IMG/VR virus record: IMGVR_UViG_3300035698_013060
Location: 62,001-126,000 of that record
Length of the DNA stretch: 64,000 nucleotides
Strand: one strand, 5' to 3'
Shown: one piece after another, positions 28,707 to 39,325 of the stretch
Numbering within the stretch: the first letter of the stretch is position 1
How the letters are laid out: each line of letters starts with the position of its first letter
Made by a program: the position numbers and the translations under genes
The notes under the pieces: generated by a model
Told to the model about the DNA's origin: nothing
What the model saw: only the letters and a program-made list of their open reading frames with translations
Database searches by the model: none

Positions 28707-29480
28707 ATGGATTCGAAATTCGTAACAAGAAGAATTGGTGGAACTGAACAGGATCTCGACCTCAGATACGCGACAGCCGTTGGCGTAGAAGGTGCAGACG
28801 AAGTTGATGTCATAGCTCCGGCCGCTGAAGCCGCTGAAGCCAGTGCCGCAAAAGCTGGTAGTGCTCTCGCCACGACGGTAACACAAGCAGCAGCAGGTAA
28901 CACTCATGCCGACATCTTATCCGGTAATCCCCACGTCGTTACTAAAACTAACGTCGGTCTGGGCAGTGTCACAGACGTTGATCACGCTGGCGCTCTGAGT
29001 ACTCATGCTGGTTTGACCAATCCTCATGGTGCTGAACCAGTGGGAGCCGCTGCTGCAGCAGTCACAGCGCATGAGAGTGATGCTACCAACAGCCATCTTA
29101 GCGCAGCGGAGAAAACCGGTCTCGTTGAAGGAAATGAGACTACCCTTCATAGTCATGCAGCTGGTGCTTCTGGAGCTGTTGAGGTCTTTGAAGTTGTGGT
29201 ATCATCGCTTGCAGGCGACAGCTGGACTCTTCCTGCTGGATGGTCAGCAGCTAAGCTTGGTGCTTCTGTCCTGGATATTACCCACAATCGCGCGAAACAA
29301 GCTGTGCTCATGCAGGTCGTCGACGATCTCGTGTCCAGTGGCTATAAGAAGACATGGCCTGGTGGCGACCCGAGTGGTCCTATTATGTACGTTGCTGATG
29401 TCAATGACACAGATGTCAGAATTGCGGGTCTCGCTGTACTAGCGGATTCTTTCAAGATCCAATTCGTATTCCCACTCTAG
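28707..29480 (+). CDS. Probable tail-fibre/virion protein
   Basis: NPHVVTKTNVGLGSV and TTLHSH fibre motifs; GAGGAG RBS. Confidence 0.7.
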   Translation: MDSKFVTRRIGGTEQDLDLRYATAVGVEGADEVDVIAPAAEAAEASAAKAGSALATTVTQAAAGNTHADILSGNPHVVTKTNVGLGSVTDVDHAGALSTHAGLTNPHGAEPVGAAAAAVTAHESDATNSHLSAAEKTGLVEGNETTLHSHAAGASGAVEVFEVVVSSLAGDSWTLPAGWSAAKLGASVLDITHNRAKQAVLMQVVDDLVSSGYKKTWPGGDPSGPIMYVADVNDTDVRIAGLAVLADSFKIQFVFPL

Positions 29481-29534
29481 TCTTGGTCTAGTTTCAAGGA
29501 GTTTCAAGACACAAACCCACAGAGGGACTGAAAA

Positions 29535-30155
29535 ATGATTAAAGCTGGAATTAACGTTAAGACAAGTTTCGCTGAAGCTTTCGTTGACCCGAACTTCACG
29601 AATATCTTGCTCGAGGTAAGATATCCTTCGACACAAAATGCTACTGCCAATCCTCCTGAAGCTGGGGATCTATTCTGTGATCCCGGAGCTATCTACGATC
29701 GAATTTACGCGATCGTTGGAACACCTGTCAGGGATGGAGTGACAAACGATTTCCTGTGCAGTTGTACTCTCGTCAATGAGACTCCAACGTCTCTAGGCCA
29801 GAAACCTGTGATCTCCAGTGGAGGAGCTATCACAACCCCGAACAGAAACGGTTTCGCTACCCATTTTGATGATAATGTCGTCTCTGTGACGGCTGCACTG
29901 AAGGCTTCAGGGTACAATACGGACTATAAGGGTGCTGAGGATCCGTCCATGCCGGTCGGAGCTGACCTGTCTTCCGTAGCTGGAGAGTTGGAGACCGCCA
30001 GAGGCACTCATGCCAATCTCAACGATGCCGTCGTTGATAAAGTCAGTAAGACGGTTATCACTGAACAACAGATTCTCAGCGACCTCAGGTGTATGAAGGA
30101 CGGGGGTAAAGTCACGGCACCGTCTGTCGATACTCGTCCTCATGACGACGTCTAG
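29535..30155 (+). CDS. Probable virion protein
   Basis: ORF in tail module; ELETARGTHANLN motif. Confidence 0.65.
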   Translation: MIKAGINVKTSFAEAFVDPNFTNILLEVRYPSTQNATANPPEAGDLFCDPGAIYDRIYAIVGTPVRDGVTNDFLCSCTLVNETPTSLGQKPVISSGGAITTPNRNGFATHFDDNVVSVTAALKASGYNTDYKGAEDPSMPVGADLSSVAGELETARGTHANLNDAVVDKVSKTVITEQQILSDLRCMKDGGKVTAPSVDTRPHDDV

Positions 30156-30236
30156 TCTGTAGAGCCTTCACACGAAACTAAAGTTACTGGCAGTCTTTCT
30201 ATCTGTCGGGATTGAGCGAATCAGGAGACACACGAT

Positions 30237-32789
30237 ATGGCTACCAAGTATCTCGTCCAGGGCGTGGACCTGGCTACCTTTCTCCCGGGAGATAGCGACT
30301 TCACCGATGTCCTCATCGAAGACGGTGGCACCAGTGCCACTAAAGTCTGGTCTGCAAGCAAAGCAAACACGGAGTTCTCGACCGTCAATGGTCAGATCGT
30401 CGACCTAGTATCCAGCGTAACGGCGCTGGAGAGTGGATACCAGCGTTTCCGTAAGGTCATCAACATTGTCAATCGGGATGTTGTTCCTCCGACCGAGGTC
30501 GAGGGTGACAGATACATCTTGGATGACAACTCATCTACACCGCATGCCAACTGGGATGGTGGTAACAGTTGGGACGTTATGGAATTTCTGGGTGGAAAAT
30601 GGAACGTCATGCTCGTTGACGCCAACGACCCAGTTATCAACGAACAGGATTCAGCGGTCGATCCCGAGACTTATGACGGTGGCGGCGGAGCAGGAGAGCT
30701 TGAGCTCGTTGATCGGGCTCGGTACAAGCTGACCGGAACTCCCCATGCCAACTGGGATGGTGCAACCGAGGGTGACATCGTTATGTGGGACCTTACTGGT
30801 ACCACATGGGAAGTCTTGACCCCGGCTATCGAAGGTATGATCTGCTACGTTGATGATCAAGACAAAGACGCCGTCTACATTGACGACCCGTCTGTCACCT
30901 GGGAAATCCGCACCGCTGGTGCAGGAGCTACAGCGTGGGGTGACATCAGTGGTACTCTCTCAGCTCAAACTGATCTGAATACTGCTCTTGGTCTCAAGGC
31001 CAATGCTGCCGATCTCGGTGGAGCCGCTCTGCTGGACGTCGGAACTGGTGCTGGCAGTGTGGCTGCTGGCGACGACGCTCGCCTCTCCGATGCCAGAACT
31101 CCTATCACTCATGCAATGTCGGCTCATACAGATGAGGGTGATGCTGCTACCAAGAATGTTGGCACCGGTGCTGGTGATGTGGCTGCTGGTACTGCTCCCG
31201 CTGCAGCAGTCACAGCGCATAAGGCCGCTGATGCTCATCCGACATCCGAAATCACTGGGTTGGTTACAGCTCTTGGTCTTAAGGCCGCCACTGTTGATGT
31301 CCTGGCTAAGACGAATACGACTTCGTTCACGCCGACTGGGGACTACCAGCCTGCGACGATGAAATATGTGGACGACATTGCAGCAGCAACGATCGAACCT
31401 GATTCTTACGTTGTAGAAGGACTCTCCACATCATACGACTGTGTAGCTGTAGCATCTTTCAAAGAGAACCCGTGTTTTCTGTTAACTATAAATCCATGGA
31501 GTGGAGACGTTTCAGACATTGTCGGTATCTACTACACGAACGGACAATGGATATTCGGTCCAACCACTTCACCAAATTTCTTTGCGTTAGGATCTGCACC
31601 AAGCCCTTTCAGTATGGTGGAGTACGGAGACAGTCTTTACGTATGCAACGATTTCGAGATTGTCAGAGTGAATCGTGATGGAACCAGGACAAACCTGTGG
31701 CAAACTACGAATACAACAGATGACTTCATTGCAGATAACGGTCTTTTCGTTCACAGGGGCATGTTGATGTGTCCTAGAACCATAAATGGTAGCTCTTCAG
31801 CACATGTCAATATCTACGAGGTAGATTCCGAGACTGGTGACATGACTTTCTACTTCGGAACTCCGAGTGATGTCAGTACTCCAGGAAGTCCGTTCTACGT
31901 TACAAATGCGACTGAATGGAAAGGCAGAGAAGTCTTTACTGGATATGTCGATGTTACTGGGGAAAGTGACGGATTCGTGATGAGAGATCAAGGTGGGAAT
32001 GTTTCCTACGTTCCTCTTGATGATCCCGATCCGTTTTATCCTGGAGCTTTCAGGCATGCCCTTGATGCTGTTGTGGTAAACGGAGAGATCTACTTTCTGA
32101 TTAACACTCGTTTCGCCACTACTCCACTTCTTGCCGTTGTGAAGTACAACGAAGAAACCAACGAAACCGAACAAGTCTGTCACGGCGGAGACATACTGAA
32201 GTCTGATAACCTCGGTACAGGAGATAGTGTTTTCTTTGCTACTGATGATGCCATTTATGTTGGCTCAAGCAAAGAAGCTAAGATTCGTGGTCTTGCTTCT
32301 AGCGAAGAAACCGCATGGACCATAAACGGTGTATCGCAGACTGCAAATCTCTTCAAGATTGACATGTTGTCGAGGAAAATCACTCCTGTCGACCGGATCG
32401 TGAATGATGTCTACGCTGACGTTATTTCCATCTTCGGTAGGAACGCTATCGCATTCTGCGAGAACATTCCAGCTAGTAACGAGATGGGAATCATCTCAAT
32501 CGGAATATCAAAGCTCCTTGACAATCTTCCAAGGACTGAAGGACACTTGGTTACGTTGGCTGAAGTTGCTGCTGGATTCTTCAATTTGGCTTGTATTCCG
32601 GAGAATTTTGCCAATGTCCGGGTGAATGTCATCGGCGGGTCGGAGCAGAAGAACGCAGCTTGGGGTCTCTCTAACCCTGACTTCGACGTTATAGGAAGGA
32701 CGATCCACATCAACGGCGCTGGTGGAGCTACTGGACTCAGCGAGGACATCATTACCGGCGACGAGTTGATCATCAGCTACGAAGCGTAA
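30237..32789 (+). CDS. Tail fibre / receptor-binding protein
   Basis: DUF2793-like EGDRYI...W modules, WGDISGTLSAQTDL, GDDARLSDAR, PATMKYVDD, beta-rich C-terminal domain. Confidence 0.75.
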   Translation: MATKYLVQGVDLATFLPGDSDFTDVLIEDGGTSATKVWSASKANTEFSTVNGQIVDLVSSVTALESGYQRFRKVINIVNRDVVPPTEVEGDRYILDDNSSTPHANWDGGNSWDVMEFLGGKWNVMLVDANDPVINEQDSAVDPETYDGGGGAGELELVDRARYKLTGTPHANWDGATEGDIVMWDLTGTTWEVLTPAIEGMICYVDDQDKDAVYIDDPSVTWEIRTAGAGATAWGDISGTLSAQTDLNTALGLKANAADLGGAALLDVGTGAGSVAAGDDARLSDARTPITHAMSAHTDEGDAATKNVGTGAGDVAAGTAPAAAVTAHKAADAHPTSEITGLVTALGLKAATVDVLAKTNTTSFTPTGDYQPATMKYVDDIAAATIEPDSYVVEGLSTSYDCVAVASFKENPCFLLTINPWSGDVSDIVGIYYTNGQWIFGPTTSPNFFALGSAPSPFSMVEYGDSLYVCNDFEIVRVNRDGTRTNLWQTTNTTDDFIADNGLFVHRGMLMCPRTINGSSSAHVNIYEVDSETGDMTFYFGTPSDVSTPGSPFYVTNATEWKGREVFTGYVDVTGESDGFVMRDQGGNVSYVPLDDPDPFYPGAFRHALDAVVVNGEIYFLINTRFATTPLLAVVKYNEETNETEQVCHGGDILKSDNLGTGDSVFFATDDAIYVGSSKEAKIRGLASSEETAWTINGVSQTANLFKIDMLSRKITPVDRIVNDVYADVISIFGRNAIAFCENIPASNEMGIISIGISKLLDNLPRTEGHLVTLAEVAAGFFNLACIPENFANVRVNVIGGSEQKNAAWGLSNPDFDVIGRTIHINGAGGATGLSEDIITGDELIISYEA

Positions 32790-32878
32790 ACCAAAAGAAG
32801 AATGAACCTGGACGGGGCAACCGGAACCCCCGGTTGTCCCGTTCCAATTTTTTTGAAGATAAATCAGGAGGAAAGACC

Positions 32879-34057
32879 ATGAGTCTTATTAACCCTAAGA
32901 ATATTAATTCTGGAGAAAGAGGTATCAATTCTCAAGAAATCAGAATAGATACAGAAGGTCAAGGATTCTTCAAATATGATATTCTTGAGAAAATGCTCGC
33001 TGCTGCATATTTTTGTAGCTCGATGATCGATAGTGCTGGAAAAACGTGGGCTTGGGGAAGGCATGATAGTGGAGAAGTTGGTAATGGTTCCACTGCCTAC
33101 ACTTCCATACACTCACCTGTTGAAGTGTTCGGCAACCACAGATTCAAAGGAGTTTTTGGAGATGGAACCTCCAGACATCGATATGCCATCGATGAGAACG
33201 ATAGACTTTGGGCATGGGGTGATGGTGCCAATTATGCTTTAGGACAAGTTGGCGATTTCAGTGACAAATGGTATCCTCACTCAGTAAGAGGAAACTATCA
33301 GTGGGCTAACGTTAACTCCTGTCAGGGGTATATCTCTGGGATCCTTCTAAATGGTGCCGCCTATGGGTGGGGTGGAAAAATGGCACTTGGAATAGGGGAG
33401 GCTACTGGAGTACAAGAAGAGCCTATCATCATTGGCCCTGCAGCTACTTTCATCAAATCAGCTACCGTATACGCCGCTACGATTCTTCTTGGAGATGATG
33501 GAACTCTTTATGCTACAGGTAACAACGAAAACGGGAAGTTGGGGATCGGTTCTGCAGCAGACAATAATACTGGATGGACTCAAGTATCAGGGGGTCATAC
33601 ATGGGTTGACATACGACCTGGCTACTACCATTTCATAGGACTTGATGACCAAGGACAGGCTTGGGGATGGGGATTGGGAAGTTCTGGACAACTCGGATCG
33701 GGAAATCTGAATAACTCTTCAGTTCCGGTTTCCGTGACAGGAAATCACTCATTTGTTCAAATCGCATGTGGTACCGATCATGCTGTAGGTCTAAAAGAGA
33801 ACGGTGAGTGCTGGGCTTGGGGTGATTCTTATCGTGGGAAACTTGGTGATGGAGTTTCAACCACAGACAAACCTGATCCCGTACTAGTACATGGAGATCA
33901 CAAGTTTGCGGTTGTCTCATGTGGTGGTAACCACACTCTCGCTTTTGACAGGAATGGTAGACTCTGGGGTTGGGGTGAGAATGCCGTTTATGGAGCTTTA
34001 GGTGACGGGACAACCGTGGATAGATCAATTCCGACCCTAATTCGAGGCTATGCATAA
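32879..34057 (+). CDS. RCC1-repeat (beta-propeller) protein 1
   Basis: Repeated WAWG...GxLGxG...PVxVxGxHxF units; AGGAGG RBS. Confidence 0.88.
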   Translation: MSLINPKNINSGERGINSQEIRIDTEGQGFFKYDILEKMLAAAYFCSSMIDSAGKTWAWGRHDSGEVGNGSTAYTSIHSPVEVFGNHRFKGVFGDGTSRHRYAIDENDRLWAWGDGANYALGQVGDFSDKWYPHSVRGNYQWANVNSCQGYISGILLNGAAYGWGGKMALGIGEATGVQEEPIIIGPAATFIKSATVYAATILLGDDGTLYATGNNENGKLGIGSAADNNTGWTQVSGGHTWVDIRPGYYHFIGLDDQGQAWGWGLGSSGQLGSGNLNNSSVPVSVTGNHSFVQIACGTDHAVGLKENGECWAWGDSYRGKLGDGVSTTDKPDPVLVHGDHKFAVVSCGGNHTLAFDRNGRLWGWGENAVYGALGDGTTVDRSIPTLIRGYA

Positions 34058-34109
34058 TCCTTGATATGAACAACCAATCGCCACTAACCCCACACATAGG
34101 AGTTAAGTC

Positions 34110-35765
34110 ATGAAAAAGGCGATAGTCACGGCATGTTACGGTAAGGATTACGAGGCAATGGGTGCGGTCACGTTACCTCTAATCAGGAGATACGCGAAGT
34201 CTGTAGGTGCAGAGTTCATCCAGATCTCAGAGAGGAAATTCCCTGAAAACCCAGCGTTTTTTGAGAAGTTCCAGTTGTTTGACATTCTGACCAAGTTCGA
34301 CCGAGTCATATGGATGGACTCGGACATCCTTGTCAGGGATGATTGCCCCGACCTGTTCGGCCTAGTGCCGAGAGAGCAGGTCGGGGCCTTCGACGAAGGG
34401 GCCTTCATACCGGATAGAGTCATGGTGATGAGACAGGCTTTTCAGTTCTACGGGTTCAAGCCTCCAAAAGACTGGAAAGGAAGCTACTACAATACTGGAA
34501 TACTCGTTGCTTCCAGGATGCATAGATTCCTCTTCGATCCGAGAGATGTCAAACTTGGGTTCGAATGTGACCAGGGTGAACAGACTCTCATCAACTGTCG
34601 GGCCTTGGAACGTAAGTTCAAGTTCACGGGACTAGACTACAGGTTGAACCGGATGTCTTGTATGGACAAGTTCGTCGGTCTTCCAAGACACGACGCGCAC
34701 ATCATTCATTACGCAGGAGCTCCGAATAAGGAGACTGCTACTGGCTTGATGCTGGGAGACCTTAAGAAATGGAATGAAGACAGCCCTGATTACTCGTACG
34801 ACAGACACGTATTTCTCCAGGTTCCTGGAGGTCTTGGGGATCAGATTTCCGTAGAACCAGTGGTCAGAGAACTGATTCGACAGTACAGCGTAGATTCGCA
34901 AATCGACGTCACTACTCACTGGCCGGAGATTTTCAGGCATGTTGTCTCTGAGAAGGTTAGGGTCCATAGAGCTGGAGAGTTCAGGGGAGAGCCTGATACC
35001 CCGTACTATCAGATGAAGACCTTGACGAGTCCAGATGAGGGAGATGGTTCATGGCAGTTTATGTCCCATACTCTGACTCATCCGATAGACTTTGCTTCTC
35101 TCATGACAATGCATGGGACTATCAAAGATGAGGACAAACAGATCAAGCTTCAGGTGGACAACGAGGATATACTCAGGCTTGAAGAAACAGCCTTTGAGGA
35201 TATTCACAACAGGGTCCTCGTACATCCAGGTAAAGGATGGACTACAAAGACCTTCAGTACAGACTGGTGGTCGTCAGTCGTAGACGAGCTTCTCAACAAC
35301 GGATCAGAAGTCGCTCTCATCGGCAACTATCTCAACGACAAACAGGGATTGGTTCTCGATGCTGACTATGAAGTCCCGGACGGAGTCCTTGATCTGAGAA
35401 ACATGCTTGACCTCAGAACGCTCTTCGCTGCGTGTTCATTGGCAGCCGGTCTCTTGTCTAATGATTCAGCTCCGATTCATATCGCAGGAGCTTTCAAAGG
35501 TTGGATCTTCCTGGTAGCAACATGCAAAGCACCTCACCTGTTACTTCCATTCAGGTATGGATCTCAAGAATACAGAACGACCGTCTTCCACGGTGAACGG
35601 AAGATGTGGGAAGACTTCGATACTAGGCCGTGCGTTGCCTCCAAGAAGACCATAGACGTCTTCCCTGAAGGATATACAATGGACGACTATATCCCGTCTC
35701 CGGAGGATGTCGCCATAGGCGTCTCCGGAACTATCGAAGACATGTTGGACGCATTATCGGAGTGA
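34110..35765 (+). CDS. Glycosyltransferase fusion (GT8-like plus GT9-like)
   Basis: N-terminal WMDSD DxD, YNTG, EQTLIN, IIHYAG; C-terminal GGLGD, HPG, NDSAPIHIAGA; late motif at 34069-34080. Confidence 0.85.
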   Translation: MKKAIVTACYGKDYEAMGAVTLPLIRRYAKSVGAEFIQISERKFPENPAFFEKFQLFDILTKFDRVIWMDSDILVRDDCPDLFGLVPREQVGAFDEGAFIPDRVMVMRQAFQFYGFKPPKDWKGSYYNTGILVASRMHRFLFDPRDVKLGFECDQGEQTLINCRALERKFKFTGLDYRLNRMSCMDKFVGLPRHDAHIIHYAGAPNKETATGLMLGDLKKWNEDSPDYSYDRHVFLQVPGGLGDQISVEPVVRELIRQYSVDSQIDVTTHWPEIFRHVVSEKVRVHRAGEFRGEPDTPYYQMKTLTSPDEGDGSWQFMSHTLTHPIDFASLMTMHGTIKDEDKQIKLQVDNEDILRLEETAFEDIHNRVLVHPGKGWTTKTFSTDWWSSVVDELLNNGSEVALIGNYLNDKQGLVLDADYEVPDGVLDLRNMLDLRTLFAACSLAAGLLSNDSAPIHIAGAFKGWIFLVATCKAPHLLLPFRYGSQEYRTTVFHGERKMWEDFDTRPCVASKKTIDVFPEGYTMDDYIPSPEDVAIGVSGTIEDMLDALSE

Positions 35766-35767
35766 AC

Positions 35768-35779
35768 AACATTCCATTA
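35768..35779 (+). promoter_or_regulatory. Putative late promoter AACATTCCATTA
   Basis: Exact AACA-N6-TA match upstream of a fibre gene. Confidence 0.65.
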
Positions 35780-35846
35780 AGAATAAAGAGGCAGGTCGGT
35801 ATCGGACTGGACCGGCCGTGACAGTAACCACGTTAGGAGCCCAGCC

Positions 35847-37871
35847 ATGTTCCTCGGAAATTGGATAACCTCGTCAGGGACGACTGCCGAGAGGCCGGAT
35901 CCTCCCCCGTTCATAGGGTACTTTTTCTTCGACGTTGATGTCGGAGGCCCCGTGTGGTGGAATGGAATAGCCTGGACGTCAGATATACCCGGTATCAGCT
36001 CCGGTGACGTCTATGGACCAACGGCTGAAAGGCCAACAACTCCATTCGACGGGCAGTACTACTTCGACACTGATCTGAATGCACCGATCTGGTGGAACAG
36101 TACCGATTGGGTCCAAGCCCCTACGCTCTCTGGTTTGGTGTTTGGACCGACTGCCAACAGGCCGATAACTCCAACTGACGGGCAGTACTACTTCGATACC
36201 AGCCTCATGCGGCCGATCTGGTACAACGGTTCGAGTTGGAGTCTTGGTGATTGGATCGATCCATCTCTCTTGAGAGGAACAACTGCTGAACGCCCAGTCG
36301 ATGCTTTCCCGGGTCAGTACTTCTTTGATATCGTCATTGGACGGCCTGTCTGGTGGAGTGGTTCGGCTTGGGAAGAAGAGGTACACACTCACGCGATCAC
36401 GGATGTGACCAACCTTCAGAGCGTTCTAAACGCCAAAGCTGCGCTGGTCCATACTCATGATATCTCTGACACAACGAGTCTCCAAGGGGAACTGGACGGT
36501 AAGAGTGATACAGGGCATGATCATATCGGGACGTATGCTGATGTATCTCACTCGCACCTGATCTCCGATGTCACTAACCTTCAGACCATCCTGAATGGGA
36601 AGACGAATACCGGTCATGGCCATGTTATCTCAGATACCACGGGCCTACAGACCGCTCTGAACGGAAAATCTGATACAGGACATACTCACGCCGTTGCAGA
36701 CGTGACTGGTCTTCAGACAGAACTCGACGGCAAGGCCCTATCAGGCCACGACCATGATACCACATACAGTCAGATCGGTCATGGACACACCATCTCTGAT
36801 GTCACCAACCTCCAAACCTCTCTCGACGGTAAGTCAGATACAGGCCACGACCATTCCGGGACGTACTCCCCGGTTGGTCACGGCCATACCATCTCCGACA
36901 TTACAAGCCTTCAGAGTTCCTTGGATGATAAGAGCGACGATGGCCACGGTCACGTCATCTCTGATACCACAGGGCTACAGACAGCACTGGACGGCAAGAC
37001 AGACACCGGTCATGATCACGGCATCGGAGACGTCACGGGCCTACAGACCGCCCTCGACGGTAAGAGCAACGACGGACATGACCATGCCGGGGATTACAGC
37101 CCCCTAGCCCATGATCATGATTCAGACTACGCAGCACTGATTCATTCTCACGACGGAGCATATGCCCCTGTCGGGCACGGCCATGCTATCGTAGATGTGA
37201 CTGGTCTTCAGACATCTCTTGACGGGAAGTCTGATACGGATCATACCCATGCTGGAACGTATGCACCGATAGTACATACCCATGTCATCTCAGATACAAC
37301 GGGCCTCCAGACGGCTCTTGATGGGAAAGCGGCAACGACTCATAGTCACGCTATCAGTGACGTGACAAGCCTTCAAACGACACTGGACGGGAAAGCTCTT
37401 AAGACGAACGTCCTGGAGCTTAACAATACGACTCCGTTCACTCCGGATACTGACTACGAACCGGCCACTAAGAAGTATGTGGATGACAACGGTGGCTGCA
37501 GTAGTACGCCGAAAAATAGACCACTACATCTCGTCATGAGGACGTCGCTTCTCTCCACAACAGACCTCTTCAAACAAGCCAATGGATTCACCTACATCTA
37601 TCACGGAGACGACTTCGTCCTATCGGCGGTTTACCTGGTTCAGATCGTTGTTGATACTGGTCCGACTGAAGCCAACGTGATGATGAAGGTAAATGGGGTA
37701 GATGCTTTTGCTTCCGCAGTCGTGATAGACGATCTGCCTGATACTGAGACAGCGACGGTCCTATCCGGTACTCCGACACTTACAGAAGGGGACTCTGTGA
37801 CGTTCGTCGTCACTCAGGGGACCAATGCTGACGCCTCCGGGCTGGTAGCTGTCCTAGTCGGGAGCCTCTAA
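35847..37871 (+). CDS. Tail-fibre-like protein: four GxTAxRP...FDxxxxxPxW modules plus many His-rich repeats
   Basis: Repeats visible in translation; PATKKYVDD. Confidence 0.8.
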   Translation: MFLGNWITSSGTTAERPDPPPFIGYFFFDVDVGGPVWWNGIAWTSDIPGISSGDVYGPTAERPTTPFDGQYYFDTDLNAPIWWNSTDWVQAPTLSGLVFGPTANRPITPTDGQYYFDTSLMRPIWYNGSSWSLGDWIDPSLLRGTTAERPVDAFPGQYFFDIVIGRPVWWSGSAWEEEVHTHAITDVTNLQSVLNAKAALVHTHDISDTTSLQGELDGKSDTGHDHIGTYADVSHSHLISDVTNLQTILNGKTNTGHGHVISDTTGLQTALNGKSDTGHTHAVADVTGLQTELDGKALSGHDHDTTYSQIGHGHTISDVTNLQTSLDGKSDTGHDHSGTYSPVGHGHTISDITSLQSSLDDKSDDGHGHVISDTTGLQTALDGKTDTGHDHGIGDVTGLQTALDGKSNDGHDHAGDYSPLAHDHDSDYAALIHSHDGAYAPVGHGHAIVDVTGLQTSLDGKSDTDHTHAGTYAPIVHTHVISDTTGLQTALDGKAATTHSHAISDVTSLQTTLDGKALKTNVLELNNTTPFTPDTDYEPATKKYVDDNGGCSSTPKNRPLHLVMRTSLLSTTDLFKQANGFTYIYHGDDFVLSAVYLVQIVVDTGPTEANVMMKVNGVDAFASAVVIDDLPDTETATVLSGTPTLTEGDSVTFVVTQGTNADASGLVAVLVGSL

Positions 37872-37873
37872 TC

Positions 37874-38632
37874 ATGATGCCACAAGTAGTTCCATCTGGT
37901 TCCGGAGGTCCGGACGGTATACCGGACCCTGAGAGCCCTCCTCCGGATGTCGGAGATTAGATATGGCTTGATATCTCTAAACCTGGATCCATTAGTCCGT
38001 ATCCTGCCGTGAATAACCTGTATGACCTCAGTGGTCACGGGTACGACATGAGAAGGATCGGGAATTTCTTTACAGCTCCCGCTGCTTCTAATGGTGGATT
38101 CGGTGGTAGAGAGACCATTAAGTTTGACGGGTCCAAAGATGGTCTCAGAAACAGCGGATCTACTCCGAATGCTCCAGGACCTTGGTCGATGGTAATCGTA
38201 TACCAGAGCGTAGGGACTCCTACAGCTGGTGATTGCCTTTTCGCATCTGATAACACTGGTGGTAACGACACATTCAATCTTTTTCATACGGCGGCCGGTG
38301 GTCCTCTCGAGATCCACTACAAGAGCTCTAACGGAACACTTGGCACCATTCAAGCTGAGTCCGCAGGTGGGAATACATCCCCTTCGATAATCACCCTCAA
38401 TTCCGACGGTGTGGATTATATGGAGACTTTCCACAATGGGGTCTTCGTAGCATCGGCCAACGTCGCCTCTGGTTTCATAGGATGGATAAAGGCCTACAGA
38501 CTTGGGATCGATGATGCTGGAGATGGACCGAAGAACATGTATTTCGCAGAGCTGAGACTGTACAACGCGGTATTGACTAATGCTCAAAGGTCATACTACG
38601 AGAACTACCTCATGTGGAAGTGGGGCATATAG
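37874..38632 (+). CDS. LamG/concanavalin-like virion protein interrupted by an in-frame TAG at 37958-37960
   Basis: MMPQ...DVGD*IWLDIS...LYDLSGHG is one frame; WLD...DLSG and ELRLYN...ENYLMWKWG are family motifs. Confidence 0.7.
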
Positions 38633-38647
38633 CCCGAGGAGATTGAT

Positions 38648-39265
38648 ATGCCAGGACTCAGAAAGATAATTGTTAACGCCGAGGGCGACTATAGGCTCCA
38701 ATGCTTATGTGACATTGGTCCTTCCAGATTCGTCGGAGCAGGTCGGACATTTCTAGCCCAGGAGAATCTCCAAGGGCTGGTGAATGCTCACATCATCATG
38801 TATATCCCTCAAGCGGAGATTGTACCATTCGTCCCTGAGGTGATGTCCAAAGAGGAAGCAGCTCTCGAAAGGATAAGACAGGTAGACAGCAAGACTTCCC
38901 ATCTGATAACTGACAATGGGTTTGTCTTCACTTGTCACGGTCAGGATCCGCAAAACTTCTCTCTCACGATCCCTGATCAGTCCACCTGGAATGGAATGTC
39001 CATCGCTTCAATAGCTGGGATCATTCCATACCCGATTACGGTTTCGACGATTGATGACTTCCCCTTCCTTCTCTACGATCAGACTGATGTATTGACATTC
39101 TACGGAACCGGAGCTACGACGATAAACACCAGGCTTGTCTCTGGTAGAGGGATTAAGAATGAAGTCCATCGTCTAGAGAGTGATCCTGCCAGTACGTGGG
39201 AAGACATCAGAGACGTTCCTGATAACAGAACTATTGACAACCTGTTTCCTGACTTTACCCCTTAA
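38648..39265 (+). CDS. Tail-fibre-associated protein (DUF4376-like)
   Basis: GFVF...FSL...Q..W pattern; GAGGAG RBS. Confidence 0.6.
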   Translation: MPGLRKIIVNAEGDYRLQCLCDIGPSRFVGAGRTFLAQENLQGLVNAHIIMYIPQAEIVPFVPEVMSKEEAALERIRQVDSKTSHLITDNGFVFTCHGQDPQNFSLTIPDQSTWNGMSIASIAGIIPYPITVSTIDDFPFLLYDQTDVLTFYGTGATTINTRLVSGRGIKNEVHRLESDPASTWEDIRDVPDNRTIDNLFPDFTP

Positions 39266-39325
39266 AGAGGGGAGAGTGGAAACTACTGTGCCCTTAACAA
39301 CTCACTAACATCGGAGAGAACTCAG

